In this document: positions 10,589 through 20,214 of the stretch, piece by piece
How the letters are laid out: every line of letters begins with the position of its first letter
Position numbering within the stretch: the first letter of the stretch is position 1
DNA from: Deinococcales bacterium
GTDB lineage: Bacteria > Deinococcota > Deinococci > Deinococcales > JAAFIG01
Length of the DNA stretch: 64,000 nt
Direction: 5' to 3'
Assembly (NCBI GenBank): GCA_031414595.1
Contig: JANNVX010000106.1
Span: forward strand, 1 to 64,000
Notes under the pieces: generated by a model
Told to the model about the DNA's origin: nothing
What the model saw: only the letters and a program-made list of their open reading frames with translations
Database searches by the model: none
Program-made: the position numbers and the translations under genes

Positions 10589-11863
10589 GTGAACGGGTTG
10601 CGTTGGGGTACTCTCTTTGGTGTTTTGCTGTCCAGTTTTGTTGTGGCAGCCCCTTATACTGTCCAAGCCAAAGAAACCCTGTACAGTATTAGTAAAAAAT
10701 TTAATGTACCGATGGCGGTTTTAACGCGGGTCAATAACTTAACTAGTACAGACTTAAAAGTAGGGCAAGTTCTCGAGATTCCAGAACGAAACCACACGGT
10801 CATCAAAGGCGACACGCTTTTTGGGATTGCTAAGCAATACGGCACAACTGTCCAAGCCCTGTCAGAACTAAATAAACTTGGCTCGAGTGGGATTAAGTTG
10901 GGGCAAGTGCTTTTAATTCCGTGGGATACAGCTTTTTTTGGCTCGAGTGCGCCAATACCGCCTGTCTCGAGCAGTTCAGCACCGCCAGTTATACCTACCG
11001 CAACTCCTGCTATTCCCAAACCACCAGCTCCTCCAATTGTTGTTCCTAAACCCGTGATGGTCAATCCAAGTAGCCCCCCCATCAGTCTGACTGTGTTGCC
11101 TATACCCGTTATTTCTGCACCTATTTCCAATAGTTCTTGGCGGGCTGAACCAAGCACCGTCTTAGCCCAACTCCCACCACCGGAACGCCCTGTCAGCACT
11201 TTCCCAACCGACCCCAGCAGTGCCAAACCCAAAGTTTGGACTTTGCTGAAAACCGCGCCTTTGCCTGTGCTGATACCTCCAGACCCCATTCCTACGCCTT
11301 TGGTCTCGAGTCCAATAGTCCCTGATACAGAACTGATACTGACCTACACCATTGTTTCAGGAGACACACTGTTTAACATTGCCAAACGCTTTGGATTAAC
11401 TGTCGAATTACTCCGTAGCCGCAATGCCTTAAGTTCAGATTCGCTGCGGCTTGGACAAATCCTGATTATCCCAGAAGCCAATCTCGCCCAAGATAAGTCT
11501 TTGCGTGAAATTAGCGAACGTTACCTTGGGGTGAACTATGTTTTTGGTGGCTCGAGTGCCAATGGACTTGATTGCAGTGGCTTTACCAGTATTGTCTTTA
11601 AGGAATTAGGCATTAACCTACCAAGGGTCAGCCGTGAGCAATTTAGCGTTGGCACACCGGTCGAACCCGACCAATTACGCGAAGGCGACTTGGTTTTTTT
11701 TGACACCACGGGCAAAGGTGTTTCGCATGTTGGCATTTATTTATCTGATGATGAATTTATTCATGCTGCCAGTAACCCCGGACGGGTCTTAAAATCTAAA
11801 TTATCTGAAAAATACTATGCAGCCCGTTACTTAGGCGCTCGGCGGGTCATCACCGACGATTAA
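10589..11863 (+). CDS. LysM x3 / Pro-rich linker / NlpC-P60 peptidoglycan endopeptidase
   Basis: Three LysM repeats (YTV...TL..I.K); DCSGF, SHVGIY and FIHA catalytic motifs. Confidence 0.93.
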   Translation: MNGLRWGTLFGVLLSSFVVAAPYTVQAKETLYSISKKFNVPMAVLTRVNNLTSTDLKVGQVLEIPERNHTVIKGDTLFGIAKQYGTTVQALSELNKLGSSGIKLGQVLLIPWDTAFFGSSAPIPPVSSSSAPPVIPTATPAIPKPPAPPIVVPKPVMVNPSSPPISLTVLPIPVISAPISNSSWRAEPSTVLAQLPPPERPVSTFPTDPSSAKPKVWTLLKTAPLPVLIPPDPIPTPLVSSPIVPDTELILTYTIVSGDTLFNIAKRFGLTVELLRSRNALSSDSLRLGQILIIPEANLAQDKSLREISERYLGVNYVFGGSSANGLDCSGFTSIVFKELGINLPRVSREQFSVGTPVEPDQLREGDLVFFDTTGKGVSHVGIYLSDDEFIHAASNPGRVLKSKLSEKYYAARYLGARRVITDD

Positions 11864-12491
11864 GCCAATTGCAAACAGCCTCGGCTAAAACTCGAGGCTC
11901 GAGGCAAGCGTTTAACGAAAGAATAGGAATGGTTTTTCTTAGGGTTTCTAAGCTAGGCACGACACTCTTTAAGTAAAACTGATAACGGTTGGCAATGCCT
12001 GATGGTGTATCGTCGGCTCGTCCCCTGAGCAGTAAACGGCGCTGCATTTCTAAAAAATCAAGTTCTAAATGCACCACGCCAAGACACGGAATCTGTTGTT
12101 GTTTTAGTGCCTCGAGTAAGTGTGTAGCGGCGGCTGGGCTGCGCGGGTAGCCATCAAACGCCCAGAGCAACTTAGGCGAAATATGAGCCAATTCGTTTTC
12201 GACAATGCTTTGCGTCCACATATCGGGGATTAACAAACCTGTTTGCAGCGCATGAGCTAAAAATGCGCTGCGGCTCGAGAACCCATTGGGGATTTCACCA
12301 CTTAATTCAGACTCGAGACTTGGATGAGGTTGTCTAGCACGAAGTAAATCACCCATGCTCAGGTGTGCTTCTATTTGTTTTGCCTCGAGTAGCGTATTTG
12401 CCAATGTGCCTTTGCCACTGCCACTTGCGCCGAGAATAAAAAAAACGCCTTGAGGTGCTAAGGCGTTTGGGGTTTGGAGTTCGGTTGTCAT
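11850..12491 (-). CDS. Adenylate kinase-family NMP kinase (short lid)
   Basis: GASGSGKGT P-loop, HLSMGDLLR, DGYPR and RGRADD motifs. Start placed at ATG 12491 to avoid overlap with the upstream gene. Confidence 0.82.
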   Translation of the reverse strand: MTTELQTPNALAPQGVFFILGASGSGKGTLANTLLEAKQIEAHLSMGDLLRARQPHPSLESELSGEIPNGFSSRSAFLAHALQTGLLIPDMWTQSIVENELAHISPKLLWAFDGYPRSPAAATHLLEALKQQQIPCLGVVHLELDFLEMQRRLLLRGRADDTPSGIANRYQFYLKSVVPSLETLRKTIPILSLNACLEPRVLAEAVCNWLNRR

Positions 12492-12505
12492 CTTGAGAAC
12501 TGATT

Positions 12506-13060
12506 CTACACTGACTGGAGCAACTGACGGTACTTGGCTTCCCCAAAACTCGCCCATTCAAGCAGCACTTCGCGCCAGAGCGGGTGCTGACCCAAGAAGG
12601 GGTTGGTTAATCGCAAATAGGTCGGGGCTTTAATCTCGAGAAACACCGCTTGGCGCTCTGGTTTTAAGGAATGACTGCCGCGCAGATTATCGAGTAAATC
12701 GGCGAGTTTAACTGCCCATGCTTCTGGGTTATTAGCTTCTTCGAGCCGAGCCACCATTTGCGCCCAACGCCGGTCTTTTTCGAGGTTGCTGTCAATCGGG
12801 GTGTCCATAGTGTGGCTCGAGAGGTCTACTAAATGCAGCACATTGGCGTTGCAACCCAATGCCTCAAGTTCGCTTAGACTGGTGTTACCATCTTCGACAA
12901 TATCGTGCAGCATTCCAGCCAGAATCACATCGGGATTAAAACCAAGTCGTTCAAGCGTATTCGATACCCGAATCGAATGCTGATAAGCCGGTTCTAAAGT
13001 GCCTTTCCGCGTTCCGGGGATTCGGGCTTGTATCAGTTGGGCGGCTTTTTCTAAGTTCAT
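12506..13060 (-). CDS. HD-domain protein, small alarmone hydrolase (Mesh1/SpoT-HD)-like
   Basis: RKG..P..H..RV, AGMLHDIVED and VKLAD.LDN motifs; stand-alone, with no synthetase domain. Confidence 0.78.
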   Translation of the reverse strand: MNLEKAAQLIQARIPGTRKGTLEPAYQHSIRVSNTLERLGFNPDVILAGMLHDIVEDGNTSLSELEALGCNANVLHLVDLSSHTMDTPIDSNLEKDRRWAQMVARLEEANNPEAWAVKLADLLDNLRGSHSLKPERQAVFLEIKAPTYLRLTNPFLGQHPLWREVLLEWASFGEAKYRQLLQSV

Positions 13061-13092
13061 GCTTAGAGTCTACTCTTTGTTATGCTGTGCGT

Positions 13093-15924
13093 ATGTCGGT
13101 GTTTCTCAAATTATTTGGCACACCACAAATCAGGCTGGCTAAACGCTGGCAGGCTTTGCCGTTTGAGAAAACCTCGGCATTGTTGTTGTATGTCGCCGCC
13201 CACGGGCAGGGCGTGGCTCGAGGCGAACTGGCGACCCTGCTTTGGGAGTCCGATGATTCCAGAGCCAGAGCCAATCTGCGCCAATTATTAACTCGGGTGC
13301 GGCGTTCGACTTGGGGAACAGCCCTTGAAGTGACCGATGACCATGTGTTTTGGCGTGGCTCGAGCGATTTAGATTTATTTTGGAAAGCCTTAAAAAATAA
13401 TTTAGCCCTCGAGGAATTTGCCTCAGAGTTTGCAACGGGGTTTTTGTTATCGGATGCCCCCGCTTTTATGGATTGGTTGGATTTGGAACGTCAGACTTTG
13501 CGTCATGCCTGGCGCGACGCAGTTTTGCAACGAGCCAAGGTTGACACAACGGCTGGCGTAGAATTGTTGCGGTTGTTGTTATGCACCGACCCACTTTGCG
13601 AAGAAGCAGTCCAAGCCTTATTGCGTTTGGCAGTGCAAATGGGGCAACCCGAACTTGGACGCAGTGTTTTTGTGGCTTTTGCGGCTGCCTTAAAACATGA
13701 ACTTGGTTTAACGCCACTTCCAGAAACGATTTTGTTGCATCAGCAACTCGAGACTGAGGTGCATCAGCAACCAAGCACCCCCCTCGAGCCTCGGTTTTTC
13801 TTGCCTGCCTCGAGTACCCCGTTTATTGGCAGAGAAGCCGAACTCCGCGTATTAGAAAATTTACTTGAATCTGGAGCGCGTTTAATTTCGGTGGTGGCAT
13901 CGGGTGGGATGGGTAAAACCCGTCTGGTGCTTCGTGCCGCCCATGATTGGTACGGGTCTTTTGAGGGCGGGGTGATTTTTGCTTCAATGCTGAGTCTACA
14001 TGGACAAGCTGCTCTTGCTGATGCCATCTTGCAAGGTTTGGCAGTGCTTCATCGTCAAGCCGACCCTGTGACCCAACTTTTGGCGTTACTCAAAGAAAAA
14101 CCAGTTTTATTGGTCTTGGATAATCTCGAGTCTGACCTTGAAGCGGCAACGGCTTTGATTGTTCGGGTTTTGGAACATTGTTCAATCGTGCGGATTTTAG
14201 TCACTTCGCGTCAACGACTTGGTTTAAGTGGCGAAACGGTGCTGGAATTAGGGGCGTTAGAACCAGTGTCCGCCGAGAATTTATTTGTGGCTGCTGCCCG
14301 CCGCGCCGACCCACGACTGACAATCAATCTCGCCCAACAAAAAATCGTGATGCGAATTGCTGAGTATTGTGGTTGTATGCCGCTTGCCCTCGAGTTAGCT
14401 GCTAGTTGGGCAGCCGTGCTGGATTTAACCGACCTTGAACATCAGGCGCTGAGTGGTTTACAACACTTGGAAAGCCGTTTTAGGGACACTCCAGAACGCC
14501 ATCGCAGTATCCGAGCCGTCTTTATGCAGACTTGGTTGCGTTTAGAGCCGCGCCTGTGCCAAATTTTAGAGCTACTTGTGCCACTCGAGGGCGGTTTTAC
14601 CTTGGTTATGGCAAAAGGCATTAGCAACGCGACCTTGCGCGACCTTGAAACCCTGATTGCCCGTAGTTTACTGGGGCGTAACGGGCAGCGTTACCAAGTC
14701 CATGAATTGTTGCGTCAGTTTGTACTCGAGCAAACCACCCATTTGAGCTTGGCTGCCCAAACTTGGATTTATCAATATGTGCAGGAATTGCAACTCACAC
14801 GGCGTTCCTCGAGTACCTTGGCGCAACTCGAGGATGAATTACCAAATTTGCGCTGGGCTTTATGGCGGTCTCTTGAATTACCCGACTTTCAAGCGGTTCA
14901 GGTCTTAGCACTGGCTTTAGATGATGTCTACGACACCAGAGGTTTAAGTTTAGAAGCCAAACAAGTGTTTGCCTTGGTGCTGCAAAAAACGCCTAAGTCA
15001 AATCGTTTTTACCCAGAATTGTTAATCATAGAGGCTTCTTACACCATGCGTTTAGGTGAAAGTCATGAAGCCATGAACCTATTTTTACAAGCACTTGCCT
15101 ACCCACTCGAGCCAAAGGTTAGAGCGAGCGGGCTGTATTTGCTGGGACAATTGCACAGTCGGGCTGGGCGTTGGTTAGAAGCCAAGACTGCCTTTAGAGA
15201 GAGTATTGATTTGTACGAAACCGAACCGCAGATTGAATTATTGCGAGTTGCTGAAGGTTACAACGGACTTGGGATAAACGCTAAACTCAGTGGCGATTTT
15301 ATAGAAGCCGAACAACACCTCAAAAAAGCCATTGCCTTAAATCAACAAGCTGGGTATCTCGAGGGCATTGCGATTGCTACCCTAAATTTAGCCAATGTCC
15401 ACGAAGCCCAAGGGCAAGACCAAGCTGCCAAAACTGCTTTTGAGCGTTGCTTAACCCACTTTAGCGAACTTGGACACAAACGGGCTATTTCGGTGGTCTT
15501 AAATAATTTATCGGTGGTTCAACGCAAACTTGGCGACCCCAAAGGCGCACGCCATAGTTTAGAGCAGAGTTTATTATTCAAACGCGAAATGCACGATAAA
15601 CGCGGTATCGCTGTGGCATTACAAAGCCTCGCCGAACTTGAACTGCTCGAAGCCCAACCTGCTTTGGCTCGAGCCTATTTACTCGAAAGTATTCAAATTG
15701 CCCTTGATGCCAGTGTCATGCCAACCGTGATGCAGAGCTTTTATGCCCTAGCTGGGGTTTTAGAACTCGAGGGTAATCATGAACGGGCGGGCTTGATTTG
15801 GCGGGCAGTAGCGGCGCATCCAGCCACTTCAGGACAGATTAAACAAGAAATTCTATCAAAAGCCTTACCGAGTTCTGGGCAAACCCTAGAATTTCAGGAA
15901 TTACTCAGCAGTGTTTTGGGTTAA
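13093..15924 (+). CDS. AfsR-like regulator: wHTH/BTAD + STAND NTPase + TPR repeats
   Basis: ALLLYVA..RGELATLLW..ARANLRQ, DPLCEEA (BTAD), FIGREAEL, SGGMGKT, LLVLDNLE, GCMPLALELAA, then C-terminal TPRs. Start is 13093 or 13087. Confidence 0.88.
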   Translation: MSVFLKLFGTPQIRLAKRWQALPFEKTSALLLYVAAHGQGVARGELATLLWESDDSRARANLRQLLTRVRRSTWGTALEVTDDHVFWRGSSDLDLFWKALKNNLALEEFASEFATGFLLSDAPAFMDWLDLERQTLRHAWRDAVLQRAKVDTTAGVELLRLLLCTDPLCEEAVQALLRLAVQMGQPELGRSVFVAFAAALKHELGLTPLPETILLHQQLETEVHQQPSTPLEPRFFLPASSTPFIGREAELRVLENLLESGARLISVVASGGMGKTRLVLRAAHDWYGSFEGGVIFASMLSLHGQAALADAILQGLAVLHRQADPVTQLLALLKEKPVLLVLDNLESDLEAATALIVRVLEHCSIVRILVTSRQRLGLSGETVLELGALEPVSAENLFVAAARRADPRLTINLAQQKIVMRIAEYCGCMPLALELAASWAAVLDLTDLEHQALSGLQHLESRFRDTPERHRSIRAVFMQTWLRLEPRLCQILELLVPLEGGFTLVMAKGISNATLRDLETLIARSLLGRNGQRYQVHELLRQFVLEQTTHLSLAAQTWIYQYVQELQLTRRSSSTLAQLEDELPNLRWALWRSLELPDFQAVQVLALALDDVYDTRGLSLEAKQVFALVLQKTPKSNRFYPELLIIEASYTMRLGESHEAMNLFLQALAYPLEPKVRASGLYLLGQLHSRAGRWLEAKTAFRESIDLYETEPQIELLRVAEGYNGLGINAKLSGDFIEAEQHLKKAIALNQQAGYLEGIAIATLNLANVHEAQGQDQAAKTAFERCLTHFSELGHKRAISVVLNNLSVVQRKLGDPKGARHSLEQSLLFKREMHDKRGIAVALQSLAELELLEAQPALARAYLLESIQIALDASVMPTVMQSFYALAGVLELEGNHERAGLIWRAVAAHPATSGQIKQEILSKALPSSGQTLEFQELLSSVLG

Positions 15925-15940
15925 GCCGTTAGAATAGCCT

Positions 15941-16357
15941 ATGCAAATCACAAAAAATCTGGGGCATTTAGAGGCTCAAAAAATTATTACTGCTATTCAA
16001 GCCGAACTTGTTGTTCGTGATAAACAAGCCGTAATCGCTGTAGCCGATGCTCACGGCGAATTGCTGGCGTTTGTGCGAATTGCTGGTGCGCCACTTCCGA
16101 GTATACTTATTGCCCAGAATAAAGCCTTTACTGCTGCTCGGGAACGCCGTCCGAGCCGTGAAATTGGGCAAGCCTCGAGACATTTAACCGATGGTTTTGA
16201 CCTGCGTAACTTTGGCGACCCTCGCTACATCGGTTGGGGTGGTGGCATCCCAATTTTTGATGGCACAGATTGTATTGGAGCGGTTGGGGTCAGCGGTTTA
16301 CCAGAATTCGAGGACATCGAATTGGCAGAACTGGGGATTAAGGCATTAAATTCCTAA
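15941..16357 (+). CDS. GlcG/HbpS family heme-binding protein
   Basis: IAVAD.HG, A.NKAFTA and GGGIPI...IGAVGVSG motifs. Confidence 0.9.
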   Translation: MQITKNLGHLEAQKIITAIQAELVVRDKQAVIAVADAHGELLAFVRIAGAPLPSILIAQNKAFTAARERRPSREIGQASRHLTDGFDLRNFGDPRYIGWGGGIPIFDGTDCIGAVGVSGLPEFEDIELAELGIKALNS

Positions 16358-16472
16358 CGCAGGTTGCGCCAACCGCCAAAACCTGCTCGAGCAGTACCGC
16401 CGTGCGGTTTTTATTTGGGTCAAACGGGCTTTAGACCGCCGACACCTTGGATGTACTCGAGGGCTAATTTGA

Positions 16473-17600
16473 CTATTTTCTAAAAGGCATTTCACTGAGG
16501 ATTTTCCAGACGGTTTCAAAGGGTCCTTGATTAAAGCGTTGCAACCAGAATTTTGAAAAAATAACCAAGGTGACACTGATACATAACCATGCTGTCAATG
16601 CAGCATAAGCGTTTGGGTTACGAGCCAAACCAAAACCCCAACCATAAAACAAAACCGATGCCAGTACACCTTGGAGCATGTAATTACTCAGTGCCATACG
16701 ACCAACTTTGGCAATGCTTGAGGCAAGACTGCCTAGCCAACCATGCCGCAAGGCATAAGCAATCAGTCCGATGTACCCTGCGGCTTGAAGTGGCGCAAAT
16801 AAGTACCGTGCCGCTAAATCCAAGCCAAAACTTGGCTCGAGGGCAAGTAGATTAAGTGGAATTCCCAGCCCTAAGCCCCAGCGCATCATTTGGTCGGTGA
16901 GGTGTGCGCCTTGTTCAGAAAATGTACCTGAGCGCATCCAACGTACCCCCAACAAAAATAGCGTAATGCCCATTGGAATCACAAAAATCGGTTCAATGCG
17001 GAGACTCGAGAAATTCTCTAAGCGGTAAACCACGCCTTCTAGGTATGTGCCGTTCAAGTACACCTGACTGATGTTGCCAAAATTACCCAAAGCTCGCTCG
17101 AGTTCGGGGCGTGGGGTAAAAATCAGCACCGCAGTGATGGCAAAGACCATCAGCAGGTGAATTCCACCAGCCACCATCATTGTCGTTTGCATGACTTTTT
17201 CGCCTTTGGTGACAATAAAAGCCACCAGCATGGCAGTCAGGGCGTAGCCCATCAAAATGTCAAATTCAATCACCAGTGCAAAATGCAGTAAGCCGTCCAA
17301 AAACAATAAACTCGAGCGCCAAAGATAAGCAGGTAAAAATGACTGACCGCGTTTTTTGGCACTTTGGTACTGTAATTCTAAGCCAACCCCAAACAAAATG
17401 GTCAGCATTCCCAAGAACTTACCGTTGCTAAAAAAGAGCGTGGCTTGTTGCAGTATGCCCTCGAGTTGGCTTTGGTAGGTGGTGCTGCCAAAAAATGCAC
17501 CGATGTTGCCCGCATTGGCAAATAACCAGATGTTTGTGCCGAGTGTGCCGAGAATTGCAAAACCGCGCAGCACATCGAGCAGTTCAATTCGTTTGGACAT
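16473..17600 (-). CDS. DUF418 (YeiB-like) membrane protein
   Basis: RIELLDVLRGFAILG, FDIL..YA, VGRMALSNY and QGPFE motifs. Confidence 0.88.
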   Translation of the reverse strand: MSKRIELLDVLRGFAILGTLGTNIWLFANAGNIGAFFGSTTYQSQLEGILQQATLFFSNGKFLGMLTILFGVGLELQYQSAKKRGQSFLPAYLWRSSLLFLDGLLHFALVIEFDILMGYALTAMLVAFIVTKGEKVMQTTMMVAGGIHLLMVFAITAVLIFTPRPELERALGNFGNISQVYLNGTYLEGVVYRLENFSSLRIEPIFVIPMGITLFLLGVRWMRSGTFSEQGAHLTDQMMRWGLGLGIPLNLLALEPSFGLDLAARYLFAPLQAAGYIGLIAYALRHGWLGSLASSIAKVGRMALSNYMLQGVLASVLFYGWGFGLARNPNAYAALTAWLCISVTLVIFSKFWLQRFNQGPFETVWKILSEMPFRK

Positions 17601-18834
17601 GATTTTCCTTTGTTTCGATTTGCATTAAGCGGCTCGAGAAGAACCCCAAGGCACAAACGATTGCCGATAGCGTACCGCCCACAATAAACACGCCACGCAC
17701 CCCAATTGCATCGCCGAGTGGTCCAGCAATGGCTAAGCCGATTGGTCCAGCCAAGCCCATAACCGTGGTCATTAAGGACAAAACCCGTCCTTGAATCTGA
17801 TTGGGGACACTGGTCTGAATAATCGCCATCATTGGGGCGTTGCCCGTGGAAAACGTAATGCCGCTTAACGTCCACCAAATCGTGGCTAACCAAAGGGCGT
17901 TGCTTGGTGCGAGGGCAGTCAGGGCAACTGTGCCGCAGGAAATAATAAAGGAGATTAAAAGTGTGACGATTCGTTTTTTGAACAATGGATTGAGGCTGAT
18001 TAGAATTCCGCCAGCAATCATGCCAATACCGGCTAAGCCCTCCATCAGCGCGACCTCGTTGACCCCACCGCCAAAGTGTTGTTTAACCAATAAGGGCGTA
18101 AGCGCAAAAGTCGGCATGACGGTTAGCACCACCAAGCCAAGTAAACCGTACAACATCAGCAGTCCTTGGCGGTTTTTAACATACGCCAGACCTTCTTTGA
18201 AATCTGTCCAAACACTGGTTTTGGTCTCGAGCCGTTTGGTTTGCGGAATGGCATACATCAACAACGGCACAATACCCAAGACTGCCGTGACCACATCTAT
18301 CATTAACGCGCCCTGAAAAGGCAAAAACGCCAATGCCAATGCACCAAGTGGCGCGGCTGCAATTGTCATGATGCCCTGCATGGCTTGGTTCATACCTGCC
18401 ACACGGGGCAGCCAGTCATTTGGCACAAGCAGACTGGTGCTGGCGGCGGCGGCTGGGCTTTGGAAAGCCTGCATACTCGAGCGCAGGAACATCAGGCTGT
18501 AAATATGCCAAAGCGCTATTTGATTGCTCGAGAAAAGGTAAACTATCACAATCATCGCAATGGCGGAGATGCTATCTGCCACAATCATGATTGTGCGGCG
18601 ATTAAGCCTATCTGCCAATGTCCCGCCCAGTGGACCCAGCAGGGCTTGAGGCAGCAAACCCATAACTCCCGCGATGGCGAGCGCACTGGCGGATTCGGTG
18701 GTTTTGGTAATCCACCACAACAGTACAAATTGGGTTAAGGCACTGCCGATTAAAGACAGGGCTTGTCCAATCCAAATGCTAAAAAAACGTGGTTTCCAAT
18801 TGCCAGTGATGTTGTTTTCAAGCGGTGTATTCAT
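17584..18834 (-). CDS. MFS efflux transporter (Mef/DHA3-like)
   Basis: WIGQALSLIGS, GTLADRLNRR.IMI.AD and QGRV motifs; 12 TM segments. Confidence 0.88.
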   Translation of the reverse strand: MNTPLENNITGNWKPRFFSIWIGQALSLIGSALTQFVLLWWITKTTESASALAIAGVMGLLPQALLGPLGGTLADRLNRRTIMIVADSISAIAMIVIVYLFSSNQIALWHIYSLMFLRSSMQAFQSPAAAASTSLLVPNDWLPRVAGMNQAMQGIMTIAAAPLGALALAFLPFQGALMIDVVTAVLGIVPLLMYAIPQTKRLETKTSVWTDFKEGLAYVKNRQGLLMLYGLLGLVVLTVMPTFALTPLLVKQHFGGGVNEVALMEGLAGIGMIAGGILISLNPLFKKRIVTLLISFIISCGTVALTALAPSNALWLATIWWTLSGITFSTGNAPMMAIIQTSVPNQIQGRVLSLMTTVMGLAGPIGLAIAGPLGDAIGVRGVFIVGGTLSAIVCALGFFSSRLMQIETKENHVQTN

Positions 18835-19376
18835 TTGGCTAACTCCAGTAGTTCCTCGAGTAATTCACTTCGTAAGGGTTCTTTAATTTGAACCATGCCG
18901 CTAATTTCGCCAAACCAAAACCCGTCACAAGCAAGCCGAATTGCTGTGGATCGAGCGGCGGGGAGTCCGTCGTTGAGGATGTTCTGCTCGGCAAACAAAA
19001 ACGCATCTTGCAATGGCAGTGAATCTAGTAACTCTGGATGACTGATAATCAGACTCGAGAGGGCTTGGGTGAGGCGTTGTTCTTGTGGGTCTGGGCTAAA
19101 AGTGGTGCGGATGTAGGCGCGTGTCCAGCGCCCACGGCTCTGGTTTGGCTCGAGGTACTTTTGCAGGTTGTGGTCAAAGGTTTGGGTCAGCAGGTTAATA
19201 ATTTCTAGCAACAGACTTTCTTTGTTGGGGTAATGATGCAGCAGTCCACCTTTACTGACCTGAGCGTTTTTAGCCACATGCTCGAGGGTTAAGTTATGTG
19301 CGCCGCGTTCTAAAATAATCGCAATGGCAGCTTTAAGTAGGAGTTCTCGGGTTTCTTGGGGGTTATTTTTTCGCAT
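18831..19376 (-). CDS. TetR family regulator
   Basis: HTH sequence TLEHVAKNAQVSKGGLLHHYPNKESL. Confidence 0.93.
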   Translation of the reverse strand: MRKNNPQETRELLLKAAIAIILERGAHNLTLEHVAKNAQVSKGGLLHHYPNKESLLLEIINLLTQTFDHNLQKYLEPNQSRGRWTRAYIRTTFSPDPQEQRLTQALSSLIISHPELLDSLPLQDAFLFAEQNILNDGLPAARSTAIRLACDGFWFGEISGMVQIKEPLRSELLEELLELAK

Positions 19377-19381
19377 TAGAT

Positions 19382-19423
19382 ACCGTCCAGACGGTTTGCA
19401 TATTACCGTCTGACTGGACTGTT
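19382..19423. promoter_or_regulatory. Probable TetR operator(s)
   Basis: Palindrome ACCGTC-CA-GACGGT 5 bp upstream of the tetR start, plus a second TACCGTCTGACTGGAC box. Confidence 0.65.
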
Positions 19424-19454
19424 TAATGTAAACTAGATTACAAAAATTATGACA

Positions 19455-19486
19455 ATGCCTAAACCTGAGTTTTCGGGTTTAGGCAT
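19455..19486 (-). terminator. Hairpin after the cyclophilin gene
   Basis: Stem ATGCCTAAACC...GGTTTAGGCAT. Confidence 0.6.
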
Positions 19487-19511
19487 ATTTGGGTTGACTC
19501 GAGAACAAAAA

Positions 19512-20078
19512 CTATTTTTCGACGATATAGACTTTGGTCATGCTGTCTGGGCTAACACCAAAACTCGGACGACCCGGATCAATGCGCTGTAATTTATCAA
19601 GCACATCCAGACCCTCGACGACCTTCCCAAAAACCGTATGGCGACCATCCAAATGCGGCTGGTCGGCAAACAACATAAAGAACTGGCTGCCATTTGTGCC
19701 AGGTCCAGCATTTGCCATGCTCAGCACGCCCTTACCACGGTGGCGCAATTCTGGATTAAATTCATCACCAAATTTATAACCCGGTCCGCCGCGCCCAGAA
19801 CCCGTCGGGTCGCCAGTCTGTGCCATGAAACCCTCGAGAACACGGTGAAAAACAATCCCGTCATAGTATTTATGACGTGCCAACCAAACAAAATTATTGA
19901 CTGTTTTAGGGGTTTGGCTGGCGTAAAGCTCTAAAACCATTCGTCCTTTGCTGGTTACCATGACTGCCATATAGGACTTACCAGTTTCGATGGCTTGTCC
20001 AGCCGAAGAAAATTCGGTCACTCGAGACTCGGATAGGTACGGGCTTAGGTTGTAACCGGTTGGAATATAATCACTCAC
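19512..20078 (-). CDS. Cyclophilin-type peptidyl-prolyl isomerase
   Basis: [33 protein letters not shown] and HTVFG motifs. Confidence 0.96.
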   Translation of the reverse strand: MSDYIPTGYNLSPYLSESRVTEFSSAGQAIETGKSYMAVMVTSKGRMVLELYASQTPKTVNNFVWLARHKYYDGIVFHRVLEGFMAQTGDPTGSGRGGPGYKFGDEFNPELRHRGKGVLSMANAGPGTNGSQFFMLFADQPHLDGRHTVFGKVVEGLDVLDKLQRIDPGRPSFGVSPDSMTKVYIVEK

Positions 20079-20214
20079 AAGAACAGCTTAACATCTCGAG
20101 CTTGGTTTTTCATCTTGGAATCAGATTTTTGTGGCACAATGTAGCTGCTATAATTTTTAGACAATAAAAACCGTTTCAGACTGGTATACTGATACCAGAC
20201 CATAGGAGGTTCGT

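Noticed and set aside
13093-15924. STAND NTPase as an Avs-type antiphage system
   Set aside because: The N-terminus is wHTH/BTAD (a transcription activator), not a nuclease, SIR2, TIR or protease effector, and there is no defence-island context.
16358-16472. Possible gene remnant between the GlcG and DUF418 genes
   Set aside because: It looks coding-like but is too short and has no motif I can assign.
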